From the IMG/VR virus record IMGVR_UViG_3300034103_001223: DNA of 64,000 nucleotides. One strand, written 5' to 3'. The translations under genes were made by a program, and so were the position numbers. Below, piece by piece: positions 55,101 to 64,000 of the stretch (positions within the stretch are counted from its first letter, which is position 1; each line of letters opens with the position of its first letter). The notes beneath the pieces were generated by a model, which saw nothing but the letters and a program-made list of their open reading frames with translations, did no database searches and had not been told where the DNA came from. The DNA is from an uncultured virus (IMG/VR IMGVR_UViG_3300034103_001223). Taxonomy: Duplodnaviria > Heunggongvirae > Uroviricota > Caudoviricetes.

Positions 55101-58100
55101 TGGATCGGTGCTGCTGGCGGAAAGGTCCGTTGCGGGAGTGAATCCTTGAGGATTTTTACCGTAGGCACTTGTCACATCAGCGATGAACTGTGTAGCTGAA
55201 CGGTTCAGGTGACGCGGCATACCCTTGTCGCCGGTGTAGGAGCCTTTCCGGGTAATTTCCTTGCCGCCACGTTCGTAGCGGACGCCGGTTACGGGGTCAA
55301 TCTCGGTGACTTCGCGGCGGAGCTTTTCCTCGAACGCCAGCGTCCGATTAAAGAAGGCCATGTCCTCCTTGGTGACGACCTGATTGGCGGTTGGTAGCAG
55401 AAACCCAACCCGGAGACGGGAGCCGTATTCGCGTCCGTAATGCCCCATCTCATTGAGCAAGATGCGGTAGGTGTCCTCGCTCTTAATGTTGTGCGAGCGC
55501 ATCGCCTCAGATTGCAGCTTTGCCAAGTCCTGAAACTGCGCTCCAACCTTCTTTGAGTCCAGATAGCCGCGCTTGTATCTAGCAACTTGCGTGCGGAGGA
55601 TTCCGCCAGCGAATCCGCCCACCAATTTGCTAATCTGCTCATACTGCCCGAAGATGTTTCCGAGGATGTTGCCCTTCATCATCTTCCGCATTATGGCCGG
55701 AGCGAGATACTGGACAGCTTTATCCAAGTCGCCGAGGTCTAGGAACATCGGCCAAACTTGCTTATTCAGAGCGTGCTTCAGGCCGATGTAATCAGCCCGG
55801 TCGAAACCAAGTTGCTGTGGAGTCGGATTAGCAGGGTTGAGTTTGTGTGCTGCTTCAGCGCGCTCGTAGTCGCCCACATAAAGCTCGGCGTTCTGGACGT
55901 ATTTCCAAACCTTGTCCCGAGTGGATTGAAGGTCCAGCGCATTGCCGTCCACGTTGACCTTCAACTCTGCCTGATACTCCTTGCTGGGAGTTCCGAAGCC
56001 GCGCAGGACCGGACCCGTTGGACCCAGCACCACCATGTTTTGCGCTCCACCAGCACCCAGCGAAACCGCTCCCCGCAACTGCTGGAACGCCGGAGAGTTG
56101 GCCGTCTGATTGAACAACGCCTGACCCTGCTGCAAGGTGCGCAGTCGAAGGACGCTCTGAGCAAGCTGCCGTGCGGCGGTCTGCCTAGCAGCGTTCGCCT
56201 TGGTGCCCTGCGCATTGGCTTGCTGGACAATCTGGCTGGTGAGGTTCGCTGCCAGCGCCATACCAACTGGATTCCCGCTCGTGGCAAGCTGCGCAATGGA
56301 CTGCATCTGAAGCGGAGGACTGTTCGCCAGCTTCGCAGCAGCATCATCGGTGAGCGTCACGATAGCACTCGCAAGGGAAGGCGATTGCTGAACCACCTTG
56401 AGCACTTCCCGAAGCGCCGCCTCAGAGATGCCAAGGGATTGCGCAACGCTCGCTCCGAAAGCAGGCATGTCGCCGGGAGCCATCAGGAAATCGTAGAGCC
56501 AGCGGTTCTGGTCGAGCGTCCGGCCCAAGTTCGCCGCTAGGGTGGTGATGGCTCCCGTGGAAGCCTCTAGGTTGGCGATGTTGGCAGCGTCTCCGACAGT
56601 GCCGGTCAAGCCCATCTCCCCCTTGGCAGCTTTCAAAGCATCCGCCACGAGGACATCAGCCAGGCCGGAAGTCACCTTGGCATCGGCGATGTCAGCCTCC
56701 GCCAGCCGGATGTCCTTGAGCAACCCCTTCTCCTCAGAGTTCAAAAGGTCGTCCATCTGCGACTTCGCAATGTCGAACTCATCGAAGGACTTCTGCAAGC
56801 TGGTCAAGACAGATGCCCGCTGCTCATCCGTTAGGGTTCCCTTCTTCAGCGCATCCTTCACAGTCGCATCGAACGAAGCCCACTTGTCGTAAATCTCCCC
56901 AAGGCGTGCCACCTCGGAGATAGACGTGGAGGAATCCATCAGAGCACGAGTCAGGTCAGCCGCCGCCTTGGCCTTCTCCGACAGGTCGCGCAGTTCGGTG
57001 ATGCCTTTGCCGAAGAACTCTTGCACTGGCTCCAAGGTGAGCGCATCACGCTTGGACTGAAGCTCCACCCTGGAAGCGTTTGCGCGGGTAATCTCCTCGG
57101 CGCGTTCGCCGATGGATTGCTGTCCACGGCCACGGTCGGTGGTAACTGGCGTGAGGTTCGCTACCACCTTCTCCTTGGCGGCAATCAGCTTGTCCAGCTT
57201 CAGGATTTCATCTGCCGGAGCCTTGATGCGGATGTAGTAGTCCCGCAGCTCTTTCAAGGTGGCCAGCTTTCCAAGGTTGTCCACGAGCCTTCGCGCTTGC
57301 TGCTCGAAATAGACCTCCGCTTGCAGCGACTTCACCAGCTCAGGCCGGAACTGGACTCCCATCTGAGCGAGCTTTGTGACCAGCTCATCGCCGACGACGA
57401 TTTGGCCGTTCTCAATGGAGACGCCATCGCGGATGTTCGCCCGCATGTCATCCGTCACGCGGTCTTGGGGAAGCTGTCGAAGCCTGCCTTCATGGAGGCT
57501 CACCAGATTGTTCAGCTCAGAGCGTGCATTCCTGAAGGATTTACTCTCGTAGGCCAGTCCTTCAAGCTGCCGACCCGCCTGCTCGAACTCCTCAACCTGC
57601 TGCCTGCCGAGGTCTGCCACAGCTTTTCCAGCAGCAGCTACGAGGGAAGGCTCAATGGCGCGACCTTGGACTTCGGTGGCGTCGGATTGGCTTACCGGAG
57701 CACCCAGCGAATACCGGATGTCCGGCGACTCCTGCTGGAATCGCTGCGAGAGGGGGATTGGTTGGCCGTCGTTATCATAGGTGATGGGGTCGGCGGACTT
57801 TAGCTGTGATGGAGAAAGCGCGATGAAAGAATCAAGCCCACGCTCACCTTCGACCTCGTTCCGATAGACGATTGACTCGACTCCTTTTGAAAGCAGTAAG
57901 CTGCGAAGCTCTGCGTTGCTATCGCTCGCGTTGAACACCTTGTCGTATTCCGCGTTGCTAATCGGAACGCCAGCCTTGCGAAGCTCTCGAATCACGGACT
58001 GATAATTCCACGTTCCCAAATCGCTGGTCCGAACTGGATTCCCCAGCTTTGCGTAGAACGGAAAGACTGTTCCGAACTGGGATGCAGCAGACTCAGGCCC

Positions 58101-61100
58101 AAGGTGAACTCCAAGCTCCAACTCTCCAGATGGAAGGTTGAAAACTTGGAACGCTAAATCGTTTCTACCTTCGGACACCACGCCGCCTCCGAGCTGGGAC
58201 TGCCACAGCTTTGCATTTTCAACGTCCTGCTGGGTAACTCCCAGCAAGCCATCATTCGCAAGCCGTTGGTAAGTGGATGTGGCACCCATCCAGTCTTTCA
58301 AGCCAACCCTAGTCGCTAATTCTTGCAGCTTTTGCTTTGCTGACTGGTTCAACGGGGCCGTCTTTCCTTCGGTGTAGTTCGTGGAATTCGTGCCGTGGTA
58401 TAGCTTGCGGCCATACCCCGCCCCCCTCGCAGCTTCATCCACCAAGGCTTGCACCTCCTGCATGTCGCCGCGCTGGACCGCTGCGAGGTATTGCTGGTCG
58501 AGTTGGTTCTGGAGGGGGCCAGTGGAGAACATCGCCTGACCACCCATCACGGAATCCTTGATGGCGGGGGTGAGGGGGAGGGCGTTGATGGTCGCCGCCT
58601 CCTTTTGAGCTTTTTGAAACGCTGCAAAATCGGCATATTGAGTTGGCTTTCCACCGCTTTGATTGATGGCTGCCACCCCCACCTTCCCGCCAGCATTCCT
58701 CACCGCAGGCAGCTTCCCGACCACATTGCGGAAGTCCACGTCGTAGAGCTTCTTCAAGCCTTCGCCGCCGACTTTCAAGCCTTCGCCAGCAATCTCCTCG
58801 GACGTGCCGGGCTGAAGTGCGGCAGCCTTGGATGCGAATTCCTTGCCAATGTAGGACTCAAGGCCATCCTCATTTAGAAGGTGTTTCTGACCAAGGAACG
58901 ATCCATCCTTATTCCACGCTTCATAGCCCAACCCGCCAGAAGCGTCCTTTTTAATCAGCAATTTAGAGAGCTGCTTTTCGAGCGAGTATCTTTCCGCCTG
59001 CTGCGCTCCAGTCGTCCAGCCAACCACATCAAAGCCATTCTCAGCGGCGTGCCTCAAGGCCCACTTGAAGGCAATCTCCCGCCAGTTCTTCTGGAAGAGC
59101 GCAGGCATCTTCTCGAAGTTATCCTTCTGTGGTGCTTGGACCTCCTCCAGAAACAACATCCGCTGGCCATCCTGCGTGGTGCGTTCGTTGAAGCGTAGCC
59201 GCACGATGGGGTTTGCGATGGAGCTATATTCGGGGTGGCCGTCGGACCAGTTCAAACCTTGCAAAGCAAGCCTTGCAGAGCGGTAGTCATCAATCGCTCT
59301 TTGAGATTCATTAGGAATATCAAAGTTGATTGCGTAGTCCTTGTCGTTCTTGACTGCCTCCCACGCTTCCTGCGCATTGTTAAACCCGAGGTAGTCGAGG
59401 TCGCGCAATGCGGATTTCATCCTCTCCCATTGCGGTGTAGTGTCTGGAATTTGCCGCTTTGGAACTGTCAACAGCACTTCCCTGTAGGAGCCTTCCTTCG
59501 CGCCGGGGAGCTGCCACCTTGAAAAGTAGGTTTTCGGCTCTGCGTAGGCGTCGTATTTCTTGCGGTATTCGATTGGGAGCTTGTTGTAGAACTCCTCTGA
59601 CAAGTCGAATCCAGAACGCTGCACGTCTGGGTTCTTGAGAAATACCTGCTCCTGCTCTTTCAGCCAAATCGGATAGCCGGACGCCTTCCCCCCCAACGTC
59701 ACATCCTTCACCTCCACCTGATTCGCCTGCAAATAGTCCAGCACCTCCTGCTTGGAATACATCTTTCCGTCTTCCAAATCGTTCACCCCGGTAAGGCCAA
59801 TCTCCCCTTGAGCGATACCTTCACTCCACGATTTCCCAAGCGTCGGGGTAGGCTTGCCCTTCGACCACTTGTTGATGACGCCCTTCCACTTCTGCCCGTT
59901 GGCATTCTGCATGGGCGTCTCCTCGACAGCCCGAACCAGCCGGGAGTAGAACGCCTTCACCATCTGCCTGATGCCCCCCTCCGCATACACCTCTCCACCA
60001 CTCCTCAAAGACCGCTTCCCAGCAGCCGCCGCTTTCAGCGCCTTCGCCAGCACATCCTGCGCATCCCGCTCCGTGAACACCTTCCCGGTGAACTTCCCGT
60101 AGAGCCTCTGAATAGCACCAATCACCGCATCCCACAGTCGGGCGAGAATCCCCCGCTGTTCCTGCGTCAACTGCTGCTTCTCCAGAATATCCGCCACCGC
60201 CTCCATGCGAAGCTGCTCCTCGGAGATGTTCCCGTAAGCTGCCTTCGCTGAAGCAAGCTGCTCTGGGGTGAGCGAGGCGACCAGTCTGGAAAGCTCTTTC
60301 TGAACAGCCTTGTCGTTCTGGATGGCGTGGAAGGCTTCCTCCACGAACACCGCCCGAGCTTCTTGAGGAGAGCGCAGGTAAGCGGCGTTCAACCAGATGG
60401 TCCCGGTAGCGGGGTCATACCAGCCGCGCACCTCGCGGCCATTGAAGACCTTCCCGTAGTTGTGCGTGACCTGAAAGTTCGGCGGGGTGGCGCTGTCAAA
60501 GAACAGCTCTCGCACCGCTTGCTCCACCTGCATCTTGGAGAGCGACTGGGCGGGGCGGGCGGAGGGGGTGGACCCGAGGGAGAGTTGCTGGTCGCGCTCA
60601 CGAATCAGATGCTCGGCGTAATCCAGGCCAGCCTTCGTGAGAGTTTTCTCCAAAAGGTATCCACCTCTGTCGCTGGACAAAGCTCGCTGTCCCTCTTCGA
60701 CTTCCACCTTACCCCCTTCTTGGATTACAAGCTGGCGGATGATGTCACGTCGGGATAGCTCCTTGCCAAGGTAGCGAAATTTTGCGGTGAGCTGTTTGAC
60801 CACTGCCCCGCGCTTCATCGGAGTCATTCCATCCGTGAAGGTTCCAAGGTCTTCACGTTCAGCTTTTGCCTTAGCCTCTGCGCTCTTCTCGGCTTCCATC
60901 TTGCGAAGCGATTCCGCCCGCTGCTCCCGCCGTGCAGCCTCTCGCGTGCTTTCGGCAACCGCCTCTTGCTCTGTGTCGTAGATAGAGTCTCCAAAGCCTC
61001 GCTTTTCACCCTGCTGAACCAGCCACTTCATCTCACCTCTCCGGTCCATCTGGTAAATTGAGCCGACGCCTTCCTTGGGGATGGCTACCCGAGCCTGCTG

Positions 61101-64000
61101 CGCTTCCGCTTCACCTTGTCCGGCAGCTTGCGATACTTCACCGGGCTTTCCTTCTGCCATTTGTGCAGGAGTTCCGGGTGGTTGATTGCGAAGAACTTCC
61201 ACTGGCGCTTGCTCTTGAGGGGCATAGGGAGGTTGGGGGGAGGGTTTAGCTGGCTGCTTGCCTTTGAAAACGTAGAGGTCGCCTTCACGGACGTAGCCGG
61301 GAGGGAGTTTTCGCTTCAGCTTATATTCCTCGACTGCGATGGCGTTAAGGCTGGACCTCTCTCTTGCCGCGTTCAGAATAGTTGCTGCGTGCTCTCGCTT
61401 GGCCTGCGCTTCAGACTTGTTTCTGACAGTGCCCATCGTTGTCTTACCAATTCCCCAACCTCCAAGCGGGGTTCTTTCGCTTAGATAACGATTTGGAGAC
61501 AATCTCCATGATGGCTTGCCCGAAGGATTCCAAGAGCTTGGTTCGCTATCCACATCTGGACCCAGCTCCAAATTATCGCCGCTCTCAACCCACCTGCCAG
61601 TCATCCCTAACTGACTCCCGTTATACCCAAACAATGCGCTAGTGACGCGGGAATTGACTGGCTGATTATTCTCAACAGCAGACTTGATGGCAGCCTTTGC
61701 GGCCTCTGTGGCAGTCTTGTTATCAAGACCGCTTGCACGCCAGTCATCCAGCGACATCAGCTCAGGAGGTTTCACCGCAGCCGGAGCAGCCTCCCCCTTC
61801 TGCTTCAGCTCGGGATAGTCAGCGAGGACGGTGGGAGGGACGGGCTTGCCTTTCTTAATCGCATCAGTCAGTTCACGACGATGAAGGTCGTCCGCTTCTT
61901 CCTGTGTGTATGACTCATGTCTCGGCTCTCTGAGGCGAATCTCAGCATCATCTTTTTGGGTCTGCTTGCGGTATTCCTGCCGTGTCATTTGCCACGGTTC
62001 CTTCACCGTTTCCGCCAGCTTCGATTTGATGACGGAATCCGTGTAAGCCTTCCACTCAGCGGAAGTGTATTCCGCCTTCGTCTTGAGCGAACCATCCGGT
62101 CGTCGTGCGTAAGCAACACCCTCCCCCTCCAACTCCCTAGCAGCCCTCTCCGCGTAACCCCCACGGATGTCCTCCACAGCCGCCGCCAAGTCGGGGTCCA
62201 CGGGCGACACCCTGCCGCGCTCGATGCCAAGCTCTCCCACGGGACGCGCTGGCATGGTCGCTTCAGGGCGGGTGGTGAGGCGCGTGTCGTAGGGTTGACC
62301 TTCGAGGGGTTCCGGGAGGGAGGGAGCTTCTGGAAGAGCAGTCGTCCGCTTCGGCGCTGCCCGCTCAAGGAATCGGTTTGGGTCGTAGATGGTATATTCA
62401 CCTGTGTCCGGGCTGAATGTTCCAACATACCCTCGACGCTGTAATTCTGCGTCAATGTTTTTGACCTGCCTGAGAGCGGGTTCAGTGCGGTCCAATTCAC
62501 GCAGGTTCGCAATGAGCTTGGCCGGGACATCTATAGAAACCACTCCCTTCGCGCCGTATGCCCCCACGGCTGCCGCCTCATCCGCTAAGAAGTATGTGGC
62601 CTTACCTCCAAGTCCAGTGGGTGTTTGCTTGGCGGGATCAAACCGATCAAATGCCGCACCTTTACCATGATATAAACGGACTGACTCAGCCTCCGTGGCA
62701 AGGCGGGGCGCTGCGGCCTGCGCTGCCGGGGTGATGGCTGTGCGGCGGGGCTTGGGGGTGACAGTCGGAGGAGCACCAAGCAAGTCCAGTTCTCCAGCCA
62801 GCTTCCGAGCGGTGGTCACATCGCCAGCAGCTCTTGCCGCATTGATGCGCTGTTGAAGCTGTTCGGTAGCATCCAGCGGAACGGTGCGCTTGGAATCCAC
62901 CTTGGCCGGTGGCTCTGGCAGCGCGACCTTTGGAGATGGAGGGGGAAGCGGAAACTCGAAGGGCTTGCCCCGAGCAGCTTCCGACATGGCCTTCGCCTGC
63001 TGGACGTTCTCAAGAAAGCCGAACTCCTTGAACCCACTGACAGCGGTGGTCCCGTCATCGAACTTGACCGTGACAGTCGCGTTGGGGTTCCCGTCCACCT
63101 TCGGACCAGTCATCGCCGTGACAGTGCCGACCTTGCCGAAACCGCCGCCAGCTTGGGACAACTTCACCACCTTGTTGCCAATGCCGAACGAGTCCGGCGA
63201 TTGGGCGAGGATGTTCGGAGACGATGGTGAGGTGCTCCACGTTGAGAGTGGTTGGTTCAGCATCAACCCGCTCACCTTTGGCATCGGGGGCGGCTCAATA
63301 GGAACGCTCACCCGCTGGCTTGCTTGAGGAGGGGCTACCTGCGGGGCCGGGATAGGGGCAGGTGCGACGGGAGCTGCTGGAGGGGTGGCAGGAGCGGCGG
63401 TGGTAGGAGTTGCTGCTGGTTGCCCACGTCCTGAGACTAGCTGCGCACTGCCGCCCATCGCCGCGCCAGCGACAAAGCCCTGAGCGGCTGCCTCGGCAAG
63501 ACCCTGATCCCACGGCTTTCCAAGAGCGAGGTTGCTGAACATCTGCTCCTGCATGGACTGCGGAAGCTCCTCCAAAGCACCTTCTTGTAAGGCACCAGCA
63601 ATGATGGCCTTGAACTTCGGGAGAGCGGTCTTCTGTGCTGCTTGGGTGCCACCTCTGGCGAGTGCCGTCTGGATGTCTTCCAATCCGAGCTTCTGGGCAG
63701 CCTTGCCGCCGAGGATACCGAAAGCAGCGGTTCCGGCACCGCTTGCAGCAGCGTATCCAGCCTGTTCCCAAGTGAGGAATCCATCGGGAGATTGTTGCCG
63801 AATGTTCTCCGCAGCGGACCCTGCTCCAACAAGCCCTTCACCAACAGCGCCAGCCACAACCGGAGCCGACGCACCGGCTGCCCACGTTGCGAACTTGGGG
63901 CCAATCTTAGCAATCCCCTTCAAAGCCGCCTGAGAAAGTGCGCCACCACCAAACATCAATGGAAGCGACTCGATGATGGATTCAGCAGCAACCGTCGGGT
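52170..64000 (-). CDS. Giant (>3,929 aa) polyvalent / internal virion (ejection) protein, 5' truncated
   Basis: Frame stays open to the window end; two YHG ART-like domains, an EEAFH zincin-like motif, helical C-terminal half and Arg-rich tail. Confidence 0.8.
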   Translation of the reverse strand, partial: PTVAAESIIESLPLMFGGGALSQAALKGIAKIGPKFATWAAGASAPVVAGAVGEGLVGAGSAAENIRQQSPDGFLTWEQAGYAAASGAGTAAFGILGGKAAQKLGLEDIQTALARGGTQAAQKTALPKFKAIIAGALQEGALEELPQSMQEQMFSNLALGKPWDQGLAEAAAQGFVAGAAMGGSAQLVSGRGQPAATPTTAAPATPPAAPVAPAPIPAPQVAPPQASQRVSVPIEPPPMPKVSGLMLNQPLSTWSTSPSSPNILAQSPDSFGIGNKVVKLSQAGGGFGKVGTVTAMTGPKVDGNPNATVTVKFDDGTTAVSGFKEFGFLENVQQAKAMSEAARGKPFEFPLPPPSPKVALPEPPAKVDSKRTVPLDATEQLQQRINAARAAGDVTTARKLAGELDLLGAPPTVTPKPRRTAITPAAQAAAPRLATEAESVRLYHGKGAAFDRFDPAKQTPTGLGGKATYFLADEAAAVGAYGAKGVVSIDVPAKLIANLRELDRTEPALRQVKNIDAELQRRGYVGTFSPDTGEYTIYDPNRFLERAAPKRTTALPEAPSLPEPLEGQPYDTRLTTRPEATMPARPVGELGIERGRVSPVDPDLAAAVEDIRGGYAERAARELEGEGVAYARRPDGSLKTKAEYTSAEWKAYTDSVIKSKLAETVKEPWQMTRQEYRKQTQKDDAEIRLREPRHESYTQEEADDLHRRELTDAIKKGKPVPPTVLADYPELKQKGEAAPAAVKPPELMSLDDWRASGLDNKTATEAAKAAIKSAVENNQPVNSRVTSALFGYNGSQLGMTGRWVESGDNLELGPDVDSEPSSWNPSGKPSWRLSPNRYLSERTPLGGWGIGKTTMGTVRNKSEAQAKREHAATILNAARERSSLNAIAVEEYKLKRKLPPGYVREGDLYVFKGKQPAKPSPQPPYAPQEQAPVEVLRNQPPGTPAQMAEGKPGEVSQAAGQGEAEAQQARVAIPKEGVGSIYQMDRRGEMKWLVQQGEKRGFGDSIYDTEQEAVAESTREAARREQRAESLRKMEAEKSAEAKAKAEREDLGTFTDGMTPMKRGAVVKQLTAKFRYLGKELSRRDIIRQLVIQEGGKVEVEEGQRALSSDRGGYLLEKTLTKAGLDYAEHLIRERDQQLSLGSTPSARPAQSLSKMQVEQAVRELFFDSATPPNFQVTHNYGKVFNGREVRGWYDPATGTIWLNAAYLRSPQEARAVFVEEAFHAIQNDKAVQKELSRLVASLTPEQLASAKAAYGNISEEQLRMEAVADILEKQQLTQEQRGILARLWDAVIGAIQRLYGKFTGKVFTERDAQDVLAKALKAAAAGKRSLRSGGEVYAEGGIRQMVKAFYSRLVRAVEETPMQNANGQKWKGVINKWSKGKPTPTLGKSWSEGIAQGEIGLTGVNDLEDGKMYSKQEVLDYLQANQVEVKDVTLGGKASGYPIWLKEQEQVFLKNPDVQRSGFDLSEEFYNKLPIEYRKKYDAYAEPKTYFSRWQLPGAKEGSYREVLLTVPKRQIPDTTPQWERMKSALRDLDYLGFNNAQEAWEAVKNDKDYAINFDIPNESQRAIDDYRSARLALQGLNWSDGHPEYSSIANPIVRLRFNERTTQDGQRMLFLEEVQAPQKDNFEKMPALFQKNWREIAFKWALRHAAENGFDVVGWTTGAQQAERYSLEKQLSKLLIKKDASGGLGYEAWNKDGSFLGQKHLLNEDGLESYIGKEFASKAAALQPGTSEEIAGEGLKVGGEGLKKLYDVDFRNVVGKLPAVRNAGGKVGVAAINQSGGKPTQYADFAAFQKAQKEAATINALPLTPAIKDSVMGGQAMFSTGPLQNQLDQQYLAAVQRGDMQEVQALVDEAARGAGYGRKLYHGTNSTNYTEGKTAPLNQSAKQKLQELATRVGLKDWMGATSTYQRLANDGLLGVTQQDVENAKLWQSQLGGGVVSEGRNDLAFQVFNLPSGELELGVHLGPESAASQFGTVFPFYAKLGNPVRTSDLGTWNYQSVIRELRKAGVPISNAEYDKVFNASDSNAELRSLLLSKGVESIVYRNEVEGERGLDSFIALSPSQLKSADPITYDNDGQPIPLSQRFQQESPDIRYSLGAPVSQSDATEVQGRAIEPSLVAAAGKAVADLGRQQVEEFEQAGRQLEGLAYESKSFRNARSELNNLVSLHEGRLRQLPQDRVTDDMRANIRDGVSIENGQIVVGDELVTKLAQMGVQFRPELVKSLQAEVYFEQQARRLVDNLGKLATLKELRDYYIRIKAPADEILKLDKLIAAKEKVVANLTPVTTDRGRGQQSIGERAEEITRANASRVELQSKRDALTLEPVQEFFGKGITELRDLSEKAKAAADLTRALMDSSTSISEVARLGEIYDKWASFDATVKDALKKGTLTDEQRASVLTSLQKSFDEFDIAKSQMDDLLNSEEKGLLKDIRLAEADIADAKVTSGLADVLVADALKAAKGEMGLTGTVGDAANIANLEASTGAITTLAANLGRTLDQNRWLYDFLMAPGDMPAFGASVAQSLGISEAALREVLKVVQQSPSLASAIVTLTDDAAAKLANSPPLQMQSIAQLATSGNPVGMALAANLTSQIVQQANAQGTKANAARQTAARQLAQSVLRLRTLQQGQALFNQTANSPAFQQLRGAVSLGAGGAQNMVVLGPTGPVLRGFGTPSKEYQAELKVNVDGNALDLQSTRDKVWKYVQNAELYVGDYERAEAAHKLNPANPTPQQLGFDRADYIGLKHALNKQVWPMFLDLGDLDKAVQYLAPAIMRKMMKGNILGNIFGQYEQISKLVGGFAGGILRTQVARYKRGYLDSKKVGAQFQDLAKLQSEAMRSHNIKSEDTYRILLNEMGHYGREYGSRLRVGFLLPTANQVVTKEDMAFFNRTLAFEEKLRREVTEIDPVTGVRYERGGKEITRKGSYTGDKGMPRHLNRSATQFIADVTSAYGKNPQGFTPATDLSASSTDPVVKHWNENVIDLKQHILNSPRTDRTFKQSAEMAAAEKRIAARWLAGNMDQVNSVQDLVDLIAAEIPVTSGKNPLDTAREGLNNELLQYLSHAQRIQKERTEDNAKNSGLSIALSSENEFTKPAAKLELPSRYYDYGPLGSIERTTALSRANHTVLVDFANALRLSIRELENRLNRMGAAGATDADKKLLSENYGGNQQEMQDVLQLLQESLKKFEDSYRKGGPDIIPTKIGRKIVDATLGNILAGVALALRNTSQGQGQVFNVAQQMHYMSLKLALWKALTNIPRGYLNTAYLTARNVSGFIDRRMGRDPQAQKTIQKLVDVLADEALFKPIQFALRKPMVGAQPVRDSIAAVHRMGFDTSQDWTEVSGQSWRETGQFQTRKEQEDAEANALSRAIHFANRVANFALDTNKAFVRGSVLETSDTSMNALSLGLVGNLEQRLQDVAMVFGERLAKAGITRIDPTNKDSMLMPSEWLPTSNEQDGRNSLGEVRRFLENSASAEGFQLEKNLLQYYQDKTAGKPARVFDPRTYEAVQRSMVAENNAALPMNRAASGQAYPIWRTLLALTGYPADATLKLLRITLGGSRDRKAVLQALHKLPMYVGIAAIALITQGAAEAAGELWRRKMQGQRSGRVTPLDSEFWTNPKHMTAAAGRYLAAATYFFGDAISGVTGWLDGRKPLDPSQRAFVFSTASKLLRDLVSGFKIFSDTGDVTKAIVPLRKTLLQMSFGGAELNYLLGMNPGEVNITKNMILENAKVEGIETPPAGVFGPAGYTSVQRRAISDDVSRMAQAQRDGDTEAFSKAKASAQKNIAELEAFYTKQRLEAGDSPEVAAKTAKASVWQDYQEINPVTAALGGRRPSVEQYKQLIGDATTERGQVIRQGIKAWQDGAQALFGKPGNITKEDVAENRPGGTVREPSYGRVSLTGGVSGRMKSVGVSASRGRRRAKIRRISLTGRRRKISPMRSRRKKIRRVRLTA
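61085..61225 (-). CDS. 46-aa basic protein nested out of frame in the giant gene
   Basis: MPLKSKRQWKFFAINHPELLHKWQKESPVKYRKLPDKVKRKRSRLG. Confidence 0.6.
   Translation of the reverse strand: MPLKSKRQWKFFAINHPELLHKWQKESPVKYRKLPDKVKRKRSRLG

Noticed and set aside
1..64000. Alternative genetic code, integrase, reverse transcriptase/DGR, or RNA/DNA polymerase
   Set aside because: Genes are intact in the standard code and I recognised no such motifs; they could lie outside the window.

Overview
This window is about 64 kb of a tailed dsDNA bacteriophage genome with podovirus-like architecture and GC-rich sequence; many starts lack a Shine-Dalgarno site, and the host is not determinable from sequence alone. 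Gene order: end of a tail fibre gene and a lysis-like cassette containing a stand-alone PAS protein (1-3.6 kb); a replication/recombination module (SSB-like protein, tRNA-like RNA, SbcC/Rad50-like ATPase, UvrD, initiator with iterons, DnaC-like loader, nucleases, adenine methylase, SF2 helicase; 3.7-17.1 kb); a leftward block of short early-type genes (17.2-21.5 kb); a G-rich/C-rich non-coding junction; leftward accessory genes including MazG-like and DfrB (R67 DHFR)-like genes, a second initiator-like gene and the large terminase (23-29.4 kb); a rightward virion operon (portal, scaffold, capsid, adaptor, nozzle) interrupted by about 7.3 kb of glycosyltransferases and methyltransferases; and a >3,900-aa leftward polyvalent/ejection protein running off the window end. 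The strongest candidate for a novel system is phage-encoded mucin-type O-glycosylation of the virion: a ppGalNAc-T (GT27)-like enzyme, a Kre2 (GT15)-like enzyme, GT2/GT25 enzymes and a TylF sugar methylase sit next to virion proteins carrying Thr/Ser-rich tracts. All functional calls come from motif recognition by eye; no searches were run.
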